Below are positions 1 through 14,900 of a stretch of DNA of 64,000 bases, piece after piece. The notes beneath the pieces were generated by a model, which was given only the letters and a program-made list of their open reading frames with translations, was not told the origin of the DNA and searched no databases. The first letter of the stretch is position 1. Each line of letters begins with the position of its first letter. The DNA comes from the human T2T-CHM13v2.0 reference genome, Homo sapiens: the NCBI RefSeq assembly GCF_009914755.1, contig NC_060940.1; one strand, 5' to 3'. A program made the position numbers and the translations under genes.

Positions 1-3000
1 TCCATTCGATGATACCATTCAATTCCATTCGTTGATGCTTCCATTCAAGTGCATTCGATGATATCATTCGATTCCATTTGATGATAATTCCATTTGATTC
101 CATGCGATGATTCTATTCGATTCCATTCAATGATAATTCCATTCAATTCAGTGATTCCTCTGGACTCCATTTGATGATGATTCCATTCAATGATTCCATT
201 CGATTCTATTCGAAAATGATTCCATTTGAATCCATTTGATGATGATTCCATTGGATTCCATTTGATGATTCCATTCGATTCCATTCGATGATGATTCCAT
301 TCGATTCCTTTTGATGAATCCATTCTATTGTATTCGATGATGATTCCATTCGATTCCATTCGATGATGATTGGATTCGATTCCATTTGATGATTTCATTT
401 GATTCCATTCGATAATGATTTCGATCAATTCCATTCGATGATTCCATTCGATTCCATTCGATAATGATTACATCCGAGTCCATTCGATGATTCCATTTGA
501 GCCCGTTCGATAATTCCATTTGAGTCCAATCAATGATTCCATTCATTTCCATTCAATGATTCCATTCGAGTCCATTTGATCATTCCGGTAGGGTCCGTTC
601 GATGTTGATTCCATTGGAGTGCATTCGATGATTCCATTCGAGTCCATTTTAGGATTTGATTCGAGTCCTTTCGATGATTCCATTCGATTCCACTCGATGA
701 TTTCATTCGAGTCCATTCGACACTTCCAATCGATTCCATTTGATGTTTCCATTCGATTCCAATTGATGATTCCATTCAATTCCATTCGATGATGATTCCG
801 TACGATTCCATTCTGTGATGATTCCATGTGATTGCATTCAATGATGATTCCTTTCGATTGCATTCGATTATGATTCATTTCGTGTTCATTCTATGGTTCC
901 ACAGGTTTCCATTTGATGATGTTTCCATTCGTGTCCATTCCATTATTCCATTCTATTCCATTTGAAGATGATTCCATTCGATTCCATTCATTGGTGATTC
1001 CACTCAATTCCATTCAATGATTCCATTCCATTTCTTTCAACAATGATTCCATTAGTTTCTATTCGATGATCCACTTGATTCCATTTGACGATGATTCCAT
1101 TCGTGTCCATTCGATGATTCCATTTGATTCCATATGATGATGATTCCATTCGATTCCATACGATGATGATTCCATTCGAGTCCATTCAATGGTGATTCCA
1201 TTCAATTCCATTCGATGATTCCTTTCGATTCCATTCAATGATGATGGCATTCGATTCCTTTCGATCATTCCCTTTGATTCCATTCAAAGGTGATTTCATT
1301 CAAGTCCATTCGATAATTGCATTCGATTCCATTCTATGATGATTCCATTCGAGTCCATTTGATGATTCCATTCAATTCAAGTCAATGATGATTCCATTCG
1401 ATTCCACTCGATGATTCCATTGGATTCCATTCGATGATGATTCCATTAAAATCCATTCGATAATTCAATTCAAGTCCATTCGATGATGATTCCAATCGAA
1501 TCCATTCAAAGATTCCAGTCAATTCCATTCGATGATGATTCCCTTAGATTCCATTCGATGATTCCACTTGATTCCATTTACGATGATTCCATTCGATTCC
1601 ATGTGATGAATCCATTCAATTCTATTCAATGATGTTTCCACTTGATTCCATTCGAACATGATTGCCTTTGATTCCATTCAATGATTCCATACGGTTCCAT
1701 TTGATGATGATTCCATTCGAGTGCATTAGATGATTCCATTCGAGTCCATTCGATGATTCCATTCGATTCCATTCGATGTTGATTCTGTTCAAATCCATTT
1801 GATGATTCCACTCGATTCCATTCGATGACTCCAGTTGATCCCATTCGATGATTTCCTTTGATTCCCTTTGATGATCATTCCATTTGATTCAATTCGGTGA
1901 TTTCATTTGATTCCATTCAGTGATGTTTCCATTCAACTCCTTTCGATGATGATTCCATTCGACTCCATTCGATTATGATTTCATTCAATTCCATTCGATA
2001 ATGATTCCATTCAAGTCCATTCGATGATTCCATTCGATTCCATTCAACGATGATTTGATTCGTGTCCATTCGATGATTCCATTCGATTCCATTTGATGAT
2101 GATTCCATTCGAGTCCCTTTGATGATTCCATTCAATTCCATTCTCCGATGATTTCTTTTGAGCCCATTCAATGCTTCCACTCGATTCCATATGATGATGA
2201 CTCCATTTGATGAAATTCCATGATGATTCCATTTGCTTGCATTCGATGATGATTCCACTTGAGTCCGTTAGAAGATTCTATTCAATTACATTCCATGACG
2301 ATTCTGTTCGAGTCCATTTGATGATTCCATTAGACTCCATTCGACGATGATTCCATTCGATGTTATTCGATGATGATTCCATTCAACTCCATTCGATGTT
2401 TCCATTCGAGTTCATTCTATTATTCCATTAGATTCCATTCGATGATGATTCCATTCGATTCCATTTGATGATTGCATTCTATTTCATTTGATGATGATTC
2501 CATTCGAGTCCATTCGATGATTCCATTCGAGTCCATTTAATGAATCCATTGGTTTCAATTCTATGATGATTACATTGGATTCCATTCGTTGATGATTTCA
2601 TTCGATTCCATTCAATGATTCCACTCAATTCCATACGATGATGATTCCATTTGATTTGATTCGACAGTGAGCCATTCGATTCAATTCCATGATGACTCTA
2701 TTTGATTCAATTGGTTGACATTTCCATTCGATTCCATTCGATGATGATTCCATTTGATTCCATTCAAAGATGATTCCATTCTAGCCCATTCAATCATTCC
2801 ATTCGATTCTATTCAATGATGATTCCATTCATGTCGATTTGGTGATTCCATTTGACTTCATTTGATGATGATTCCTTTCAAGTTCATTAGATGATTCCAT
2901 TCGATTCCATTTGATAATGATCCCATTCGAGTCTATTCAGTGATTCCACTCGTTTCCATTCCATGATGATTCCATTCCATTCCATTCAATGATTCCATTC

Positions 3001-5827
3001 GATTCCGTTTGATGATGATTTCATTCGAGTCCATTTGATGATTCCATTTGATTCCATTTGATGATGATTACCTTCGAGTCCATACGATGATTCCACTCAA
3101 TTCCATATGATGATGATTCCATTCGATTCCATTCGATGATTCCAGTCTATTCTATTCAATGGTGATTCCATTCGAGTACATTAGATGATTCCATTCGATT
3201 CCATTCAATGATGATTCTATTTGTGTCCCTTAGATGGTTCCACATGATTCCATTTCATGATGATACTATTTGAGCCCATCCAATGATTCCCTTCGATTCC
3301 ATTCGATGAGGATTCCATTCGATTCATTTCATTGGTGATTCTATTCAATTCAATTCTTTGATTCCATTCCATTCCATTCGACAATGATTCCATTCGATTT
3401 CTTTCGATGATTCCACTCGATTCCACTTGACATTGATTCCATTCGATTCCATTCAATGATTCCGTTTGATTCCAGTGGATGATGATTGCCATCGATTCCA
3501 TTCGATCACTCCATTCTATTCCATTTGATGATGATTACATTCGATTCCATTTGATGATTCCATCTGATTCTATTCGAGGATTCCATTTGATTCCATTCGA
3601 TGATGATTCCATTCGAGTGCATTCGATGATTTCATTCGAGTACATCCAATGATTCCATTCGAGTCCATTTGATGATTCCATTTGATTCCATTTGATTATG
3701 ATTCTACTAGAGTCCATTCAATGACTCCATTCGAATCCATTCAACAATTCCATTCGAGGCCATTCGATGATTCCATTTCATGATTCCATTCGAGTCCATT
3801 TAATCATTACAGTCGAGTCCATTTGGTGATTCCACTGGATTTCTTTTGATAATGATACCATTCAATTACATTTGATGATGATCCCATTCAATTTCATTTG
3901 ATGGTGATTCCATTAGAGTCCATTCGATGATTTCATTCGAGTCCCTTCATTGATTCCATCCGATTTCATTGGATGATGACTCCATTCGAGTCCATTCGAC
4001 GATTCCACTCGATTCCATTAGATGATTCCATTGGAGTCCATTTGATTGTTCCATTCGATTCTATTCGATTCCTTTCGAAGATTATTCCGTTTGAGTCCAT
4101 TCGATGATGATTCCATTCCATTCCATTCGATGATTCCGTTTGATTCCATTCGATGATTCCCTTCGATTCCTTTCTTTGATGATTCCATTCCATTCCATTC
4201 AATGATTCCATTCGAATCTATTCCATGATGATTCCTTTCGATTCCATTCGCTGATGTTTCCGTTCAATTCCATTCGATGATGATTCCATTCGATTCCATT
4301 CATTGAGGATTCCATTTGATTCCATTCAATGATGATTCCATTCTATTCCATTCAATGATTGCATTCAATTCCATTCAATGATTATCCCCTTAGAGTAAAC
4401 TCAACGATTCCATTCAATACCATTCGATGATGATTCCTTTTGAGTCCATTCAATGATTTCATTCAAGTCCATTTGATGATTCCTTTCAATTCCATTCTAT
4501 GATGATTCCATTCGAGTCCATTCGATGATTCCATTCGATTGCATTCGATTATTCCATCATATTCCAGTCAACGATGATTCCATTCGAGTCCATTCGATGA
4601 TTCCATTAGAGTACATTTAATGATTGCTTTGTTTTCAATTCGAAGATGATTACATTGGATTCCATTCTATGATACCATTCGATTCCATTCAATGATGATT
4701 CCACTCAAATCCATTGGATGATTCCATTCGTGTCCATTCGGTGATTTCATTAGATTCCATTCGAGGATGATTCCATTCGATTCCATTCGATGATTCCATT
4801 CAATTCCATTTGATGATGATTCCATTCCAGTCCATATGATCATTCCATTTGATTTCATTCGATGATGATTCCATTCGATTCCATTCGATGATTCCATTCT
4901 ATTCCATTCGATGATGATTCCATTCGAGTCCATTCGATGATTCCATTCGAGTCCATTTAATGATTCCATTGGGTTCAATTCAATGATGATTACATTGGAT
5001 TCCGTTCTATGATTCCATTCAATTCCGTTCATTGACAATTTGATTCCATTCGATGATGATTCCATTTGAGTTCATTCGATGATTCTATTCGATTCTCTTC
5101 GATGGTGATTCAATTCTATTATATTGGATGATTCCATTCGATTCCATTTGATGTTGATTCAATTCGATTCTATTCGATGATGATTCCATTGGATTTCACT
5201 TGATGATTCTATTCGATTCCATTCAATGATGATTCACTTCTCGTCCATTGGATGATTCCATTTCATTCCATTCGATGATGATTCCATTCGATTCCATTCG
5301 ATGACTCCATTTGATTCCATGCGTCGGTGAGCAATTCGATTCAATTCCATGATGATTCTATTTGATTCAATTAGATGATGTTTCCATTCGAATCCATTCC
5401 ATGATTATTCCATTGGAATCCATTCGGCGATGATTCCATATGAGTCAATTCAATGATGATTCCATATGTGTCCGTTCGATGATAATTCCATTTGATTTCA
5501 TTCGGTGCTTCTATTCAATTCCAGTCGATGATGATTCCGTTGGAGTCCATACGATGATTCCATTTGATTTCATTTGATGATGATTCCATTCGATGATGAT
5601 TACATTGGATTCCATTCTATGATTCCATTCAATTCCATTCGTTGATGATTCGATTCCATTCAATGATGATTCCATTTGAGTTCATTCGATGATTCTATTC
5701 GATTCCGTTCGATGGTGATTCAATTCTCTTATATTGGATGAATCCACTCGATTCCATTTGATGATTATTCCATTGGAGTCCACTTAGTGAATCCTTCAGA
5801 TTCTACTCGAAGATGATTCCATTCAAG
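1..5827 (+). repeat. HSat2 unit type A, copy A1 (5,827 bp; canonical A 5,853 bp minus a 26-bp deletion near 2612)
   Basis: Phase is set arbitrarily at the window-start landmark TCCATTCGATGATACCATTCAATTCCATTCGTTGATGCTTCC, which recurs at 5828. A-type markers include GAACATGATTG, GGTTCCACATG and GAGGCCATTC. Confidence 0.85.
5363..5373 (-). promoter_or_regulatory. Putative DUX4-type double-homeodomain motif TAATTGAATCA (representative; also at 11475, 21445, 27606, 36939, 39194, 41449, 43704, 45959, 48214, 59447)
   Basis: TGATTCAATTA on + reads TAATTGAATCA on -, which fits the degenerate DUX4 consensus TAAYBBAATCA. DUX4 is known to bind and induce HSATII. Occupancy of these particular sites is not shown by the sequence. 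Confidence 0.4.
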
Positions 5828-8800
5828 TCCATTCGATGATACCATTCAATTCCATTCGTTGATGCTTCCATTCAAGTGCATTCGATGATATCATTCGATT
5901 CCATTTGATGATAATTCCATTTGATTCCATGCGATGATTCTATTCGATTCCATTCAATGATAATTCCATTCAGTTCAGTGATTCCTCTGGACTCCATTTG
6001 ATGATGATTCCATTCAATGATTCCATTCGATTCTATTCGAAAATGATTCCATTTGAATCCATTTGATGATGATTCCATTAGATTCCATTTGATGATTCCA
6101 TTCGATTCCATGCGACGATGATTCCATTCGATTCCATGTGATGATTCCATTCTATTCTATTCGATGATGATTCCATTCGATTCCATTCGATGATGATTGG
6201 ATTCGATTCCATTTGATGTTTTCATTTGATTCCATTCGTTAATGATTTCGATCAATTCCATTCGATGATTCCATTCGATTCCATTCGATAATGATTACAT
6301 CCGTGTCCATTCAGTGATTCCATTTGAGCCTGTTCGATAATTCCATTTGAGTCCAACCAATGATTCCATTCATTTCCATTCAATGATTCCATTCGAGTCC
6401 ATTTGATCATTCCGGTAGGGTCCATTCGATGTTGATTCCATTGGAGTGCATTCGATGATTCCATTCGAGTCCATTTTAGGATTTGATTCGAGTCCTTTCG
6501 ATGATTCCATTCGATTCCACTCGATGATGATTTCATTCGAGTCCATTCGACACTTCCAATCGATTCCATTTGATGTTTCCATTCGAGTCCAATTGATGAT
6601 TCCATTCAATTCCATTCGATGATGATTCCGTACGATTCCATTCTGTGATGATTCCATGTGATTGCATTCAATGATGATTCCTTTAGATTGCATTCGATTG
6701 TGATTCATTTCGTCTTCATTCTATGGTTCCACAGGTTTCCATTCGTGTCCATTCCATTATTCCATTCTATTCCGTTTGATGATGATTCCATTCGATTCCA
6801 TTCATTGGTGATTCCACTCAATTCCATTCAATGATTCCATTCCATTTCTTTCAACAATGATTCCATTAGTTTCTAATCGATGATCCACTTGATTCCATTT
6901 GACGACGATTCCATTCTTGTCCATTCGATGATTCCATTTGATTCCATATGATGATGATTCCATTCGATTCCATACGATGATGATTCCATTCGAGTCCATT
7001 CAATGGTGATTCCATTCAATTCCATTCGATGATTCCTTTCGATTCCATTCGATGATGATGGCATTCGATTCCTTTCAATCATTCCCTTTGATTCCATTCA
7101 AAGGTGATTTCATTCAAGTCCATTCGATAATTGCATTCGATTCCATTCTATGATGATTCCATTCGAGTCCATTTGATGATTCCATTCAATTCAAGTCAAT
7201 GATGATTCCATTCGATTCCATTCGATGATTCCATTGGATTCCATTCGATGATGATTCCATTCAAATCCATTCGATAATTCAATTCAAGTCCATTCGATGA
7301 TGATTAAAATCGAATCCATTCAAAGATTCCATTCAGTTCCATTCGATGATTCCCTTAGATTCCATTCGATGATTCCACTTGATTCCATTTACGATGATTC
7401 CATTCGATTCCATGTGATGATTCCATTCAATTCTATTCAATGCTGTTTCCATTTGATTCCATTCGACCATGATTGCCTTTGATTCCATTCAATGACTCCA
7501 TTCGGTTCCTTTTGATGATGATTCCGTTCGATTCCATTTCATTATTCCATTTGATTCCATTGGATGAGTCCATTCGATTACATTCGATGATTATTCCATT
7601 CGAGTGCATTAGATGATTCCATTCGAGTCCATTCGATGATTCCATTCGATTCCATTCGATGTTGATTCTGTTCAAATCCATTCGATGATTCCACTCGATT
7701 CCATTCGATGACTCCAGTTGATCCCATTCGATGATTTCCTTTGATTCCCTTTGATGATCATTCCATTTGATTCAATTCGGTGATTTCATTTGATTCCATT
7801 CAGTGATGTTTCCATTCGACTCCATTCGATGATGATTCCATTCGACTCCATTCGATTATGATTTCATTCAATTCCATTCGATAATGATTCCCTTCGAGTC
7901 CATTCGATGATTCCATTCGATTCCATTCAACGATGATTTGATTCGTGTCCATTCGATGATTCCATTTGATTCCACTTGATGATGATTCCATTCGAGTCCA
8001 TTTGATGATTCCATTCAATTCCATTCTCCGATGATTTCTTTTGAGCCCATTCAATGCTTCCACTCGATTCCATATGATGATGACTCCATTCGATGAAATT
8101 CGATGATGATTCCCTTCGCTTGCATTCGATGATGATTCCACTTGAGTCCATTAGAAGATTCTATTCAATTACATTCCATGACGATTCCGTTCGAGTCCAT
8201 TTGATGATTCCATTAGACTCCATTCGACGATGATTCCATTCGATGTTATTCGATGATTCCATTCGATCTCATTCGATGATGATTCCATTCAACTCCATTC
8301 GATGTTTCCATTCGAGTTCATTCTATTATTCCATTAGATTCCATTCGATGATGATTCCATTCGATTCCATTTGATGATTGCATTCTATTTCATTTGATGA
8401 TGATTCCATTCGAGTCCACTCGATGATTCCATTCGAGTCCATTTCATGAATCCATTGGTTTCAATTCTATGATGATTACATTGGATTCCATTCGTTGATG
8501 ATTTCATTCGGTTCCATTCAATGATGATTCCATTCAATTCCTTTCAATGTTTCCATTCAATTCCATACGATGATGATTCCATTTGATTTGATTCGACAGT
8601 GAGCCATTCGATTCAATTCCATGATGATTCTATTTGATTCAATTGGTTGACATTTCCATTCGATTCCATTCGATGATGATTCCCTTTGATTCCGTTCAAA
8701 GATGATTCCATTCTAGCCCATTCAATCATTCCATTCGATTCTATTCAATGATGATTCCATTCATGTCGATTTGGTGATTCCATTTGACTTCATTTGATGA

Positions 8801-11800
8801 TGATTCCTTTCAAGTTCATTAGATGATTCCATTCGATTCCATTTGATGATGATCCCATTCGAGTCCATTCAGTGATTCCACTCGTTTCCATTCCATGATG
8901 ATTCCATTCCATTCCATTCAATGATTCCATTCGATTCCGTTTGATGATGATTTCATTCGAGTCCATTTGATGATTCCATTTGATTCCATTCGATGATGAT
9001 TCCATTCGAGTCCATTCGATGATTCTATTCGAATCCATTTGATGATTTCTTTTGATTATAGTTGGTGATGATTCCATTGGAGTCCATTCAATGATTCCAT
9101 TCGATTCCAATCGATGGTGATTCCATTAGAGTCCATTTAATGATTCCATTTGATTCCAGTCTCTGATGATTACATTCGAGTCCATACGATGATTCCACTC
9201 AATTCCATATGATGATGATTCCATTCGATTCCATTCGATGATTCCATTCTATTCTATTCAATGGTGATTCCATTCGAGTACATTAGATGATTCCATTCGA
9301 TTCCATTCAATGATGATTCTATTTGTGTCCCTTAGATGATTCCACATGATTCCATTAGATGATGATACTATTTGAGCCCATCCAATGATTCCCTTCGATA
9401 TCATTCGATGAGGATTCCATTCGATTCAATTCATTGGTGATTCTATTCAATTCAATTCTTTGATTCCATTCCATTCCATTCGACAATGATTCCATTCGAT
9501 TTCTTTCGATGATTCCACTCGATTCCACTTGACATTGATTCCCTTCGATTCCATTCAATGATTCCATTTGATTCCAGTGGATGATGATTGCCATCGATTC
9601 CATTCGATCACTCCATTCTATTCCATTTGATGATGATTACATTCGATTCCATTTGACGATTCCATCTGATTCTATTCGAGGATTCCATTTGATTCCATTC
9701 GATGATGATTCCATTCGAGTCCATTCGATGATTTCATTCGAGTACATCCAATGATTCCATTCGAGTCCATTTGATGATTCCATTTGATTCCATTTGATAA
9801 TGATTCTACTAGAGTCCATTCAATGACTCCATTCGAGTCCATTCAACAATTCCATTCGACTCCATTTGATGATTCCATTCGATTCCATTTGATGATTCCA
9901 TTCGAGTCCATTTAATCATTACAGACGAGTCCATTTGGTGATTCCACCGGATTTCTTTTGATAATGATACCATACAATTACATTTGATGATGATCCCATT
10001 CAATTTCATTTGATGATGATTCCATTAGAGTCCATTCGATGATTTCATTCGAGTCCCTTCACTGATTCCATCCGATTTCATTGGATGATGACTCCATTCG
10101 AGTCCATTCGATGATTCCACTCGATTCCATTAGATGATTCCATTGGAGTCCATTTGATTGTTCCATTCGATTCCATTCGATTCCTTTCGAAGATTATTCC
10201 ATTTGAGTCCATTCGATGATGATTCCATTCCATTCCATTCGATGATTCCGTTTGATTCCATTCGATGATTCCCTTCGATTCCTTTCTTTGATGATTCCAT
10301 TCCATTCCATTCAATGATTCCATTCGAATCTATTCCATGATGATTCCTTTCGATTCCATTCGCTGATGTTTCCGTTCAATTCCATTCGATGATGATTCCA
10401 TTCGATTCCATTCATTGAGGATTCCATTTGATTCCATTCAATGATGATTCCGTTCTATTCCATTCAATGATTGCATTCAATTCCATTCAATGATTATCCC
10501 CTTAGAGTAAACTCAACGATTCCATTCAATACCATTCGATGATGATTCCTTTTGAGTCCATTCAATGATTTCATTCAAGTCCATTTGATGATTCCTTTCA
10601 ATTCCATTCTATGATGATTCCATTCGAGTCCATTCGATGATTCCATTCGATTGCATTCGATGATTCCATTATATTCCATTCAACGATGATTCCATTCGAG
10701 TCCATTCGATGATTCCATTAGAGTACATTTAATGATTGCTTTGTTTTCAATTCGAAGATGATTACATTGGATTCCATTCTATGATACCATTCGATTCCAT
10801 TCAATGATGATTCCACTCAAATCCATTGGATGATTCCATTCGTGTCCATTCGGTGATTTCATTAGATTCCATTCGAGGATGATTCCATTCGATTCCATTC
10901 GATGATTCCATTCAATTCCATTCGATGATGATTCCATTCCAGTCCATATGATCATTCCATTTGATTTCATTCGATGATGATTCCATTCGATTCCATTCGA
11001 TGATTCCATTCTATTCCATTCGATGATGATTCCATTCGAGTCCATTCGATGATTCCATTCGAGTCCATTTAATGATTCCATTGGGTTCAATTCAATGATG
11101 ATTACATTGGATTCCGTTCTATGATTCCATTCAATTCCGTTCATTGACAATTTGATTCCATTCGATGATGATTCCATTTGAGTTCATTCGATGATTCTAT
11201 TCGATTCTCTTCGATGGTGATTCAATTCTATTATATTGGATGATTCCATTCGATTCCATTTGATGTTGATTCAATTCGATTCTATTCGATGATGATTCCA
11301 TTGGATTTCACTTGATGATTCTATTCGATTCCATTCAATGATGATTCACTTCTCGTCCATTGGATGATTCCATTTCATTCCATTCGATGATGATTCCATT
11401 CGATTCCATTCGATGATTCCATTTGATTCCATGCGACGGTGAGCAATTCGATTCAATTCCATGATGATTCTATTTGATTCAATTAGATGATGTTTCCATT
11501 CGAATCCATTCCATGATTATTCCATTGGAATCCATTCGGCGATGATTCCATATGAGTCAATTCAATGATGATTCCATATGGGTCCGTTCGATGATAATTC
11601 CATTTGATTTCATTCGGTGCTTCTATTCAATTCCAGTCGATGATGATTCCGTTGGAGTCCATACGATGATTCCATTTGATTTCATTTGATGATGATTCCA
11701 TTCGATGATGATTACATTGGATTCCATTCTATGATTCCATTCAATTCCATTCGTTGATGATTCGATTCCATTCAATGATGATTCCATTTGAGTTCATTCG

Positions 11801-11939
11801 ATGATTCTATTCGATTCCGTTCGATGGTGATTCAATTCTCTTATATTGGATGATTCCACTCGATTCCATTTGATGATTATTCCATTGGAGTCCACTTAGT
11901 GAATCCTTTAGATTCTACTCGAAGATGATTCCATTCGAG
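5828..11939 (+). repeat. HSat2 unit type B, copy B1 (6,112 bp)
   Basis: Landmark ORF starts 5872 and 11984 are 6,112 bp apart. The unit carries the B-specific 72-, 23-, 170- and 10-bp segments absent from A. Confidence 0.85.
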
Positions 11940-14900
11940 TCCATTCGATGATACCATTCAATTCCATTCGTTGATGCTTCCATTCAAGTGCATTCGATGA
12001 TATCATTCGATTCCATTTGATGATAATTCCATTTGATTCCATGCGATGATTCTATTCGATTCCATTCAATGATAATTCCATTCAATTCAGTGATTCCTCT
12101 GGACTCCATTTGATGATGATTCCATTCAATGATTCCATTCGATTCTATTCGAAAATGATTCCATTTGAATCCATTTGATGATGATTCCATTAGATTCCAT
12201 TTGATGATTCCATTCGATTCCATTTGACGATGATTCCATTCGATTCCATTTGATGATTCCATTCTATTCTATTCGATGATGATTCCATTCGATTCCATTT
12301 GATGATGATTGGATTCGATTCCATTTGATGATTTCATTTGATTCCATTCGTTAATGATTTCGATCAACTCCATTCGATGATTCCATTTGATTCCATTCGA
12401 TAATGATTACATCCGAGTCCATTCGATGATTCCATTTGAGCCCGTTCGATAATTCCATTTGAGTCCAATCAATGATTCCATTCATTTCCATTCAATGATT
12501 CCATTCGAGTCCATTTGATCATTCTGGTAGGGTCCGTTCGATGTTGATTCCATTGGAGTGCATTCGATGATTCCATTCGAGTCCATTTTATGATTTGATT
12601 CGAGTCCTTTCGATGATTCCATTCGATTCCACTCGATGATGATTTCATTCGAGTCCATTCGACACTTCCAATCGATTCCATTTGATGATTCCATTCGAGT
12701 CCAATTGATGATTCCATTCAATTCCATTCGATGATGATTCCGTACGATTCCATTCTGTGATGATTCCATGTGATTGCATTCAATGATGATTCCTTTCGAC
12801 TGCATTCGATTATGATTCATTTCGTGTTCATTCTATGGTTCCACAGGTTTCCATTCGATGACGTTTCCGTTCGTGTCCATTCCATTATTCCATTCTATTT
12901 CATTTGATGATGATTCCATTCGATTCCATTCATTGGTGATTCCACTCAATTCCATTCAATGATTCCATTCCATTTCTTTCAACAATGATTCCCTTAGTTT
13001 CTATTCGATGATCCACTTGATTCCATTTGGCGATGATTCCATTCGTGTCCATTCGATGATTCCATTTGATTCCATATGATGATGATTCCATTCGATTCCA
13101 TATCATGATGATTCCATTCGACTCCATTCAATGGTGATTCCATTCAATTCCATTCGATGATTCCTTCCGATTCCATTCGATGATGATGGCATTCGATTCC
13201 TTTCAATCATTCCCTTTGATTCCATTCAAAGGTGATTTCATTCAAGTCCATTCGATAATTGCATTCGATTCCATTCTATGATGATTCCATTCGAGTCCAT
13301 TTGATGATTCCATTCAATTCAAGTCAATGATGATTCCATTCGATTCCACTCGATGATTCCATTGGATTCCATTCGATGATGATTCCATTCAAATCCATTC
13401 GATAATTCAATTCAAGTCCATTCGATGATGATTCCAATCGAATCCATTCAAAGATTCCATTCAATTCCATTCGATGATGATTCCCTTAGATTCCATTCGA
13501 TGATTCCACTTGATTCCATTTACGATGATTCCATTCGATTCCATGTGATGAATCCATTCAATTCTATTCAATGATGTTTCCATTTGATTCCATTGGACCA
13601 TGATTGCCTTTGATTCCATTCAATGATTCCATTCGGTTCCATTTGATGATGATTCCGTTCTATTCCATTTCATTATTCCATTTGATTCCATTGGATGAGT
13701 CCATTCGATTACATTCGATGATTATTCCATTCGAGTGCATTAGATGATTGCATTCGAGTCCATTCGATGATTCCATTCGATTCCATTCGATGTTGATTCT
13801 GTTCAAATCCATTCGATGATTCCACTCGATTCCATTCGATGACTCCATTTGATCCCATTCGATGATTTCCTGTGATTCCCTTTGATGATCATTCTATTTG
13901 ATTCAATTCGGTGATTTCATTTCATTCCATTCAGTGATGTTTCCATTCGACTGTATTCGATGATGATTCCATTCGACTCCATTCGATTATGATTTCATTC
14001 AATTCCATTCAATAATGATTCCCTTCGAGTCCATTCGATGATTCCATTCGATTCCATTCAACGATGATTTGATTCGTTTCCATTCGATGATTCCATTTGA
14101 TTCCACTTGATGATGATTCCATTCGAGTCCATTTGATGATTCCATTCGAGTCTATTTATGTATTATATTCGTGTCCACTTCATGATTCCATTCAATTCCA
14201 TTTAATGTTGATTCCATTTGATTCCATTTGATGATTCAGTTCGATTCCTTGCAATGATTCCCTACGATTCCTTTCTATGATGATTCCATTCGATTCCATT
14301 CATTGATGATTTCATTCGACTCCATTCGATGATGATTCCTTACGTTTCCATTTGACGATGTTTCCCTTCGAGTCCATTCGATGATGATTCTATTCAATTC
14401 TGTTCTATTATGATTCCATTCGATTTCATTCAATGCTTCTATTTGATTCCATTCGATGATGATTCCATCTCTTTCCCTTCGATGATTCCATTTGATTCCA
14501 TTCAGTGATGATTCCATTTGATTCCATCTGATGATGATTTCACTTGATTCCTTTCAATGATGATTCAATTCAAGCCCATTCAATGATTCCATTGGAGTCC
14601 AAACGATCATTCCGTTCGATTCCATTCAATGGTGATTCCATTCATGTCCATTCGATGAATCCATTCAATTCCATTCGATGATGACTCCATTCGAGTACAT
14701 TCGATGATTCCATTTGATTCCATTTGAAGATGATTCCATTCAATTCCATTCGAAGATGATTCCATTCAATTCCATTCGATGATGATTCCGTATGAATCCA
14801 TTCTCTGATTATTCCATTCGATTCCATTCATTGACGATTCCATTCAATTCCATTCAATGATGATTCTCTTCTATTCCATTCGATGATTCCGGTCGATTCC

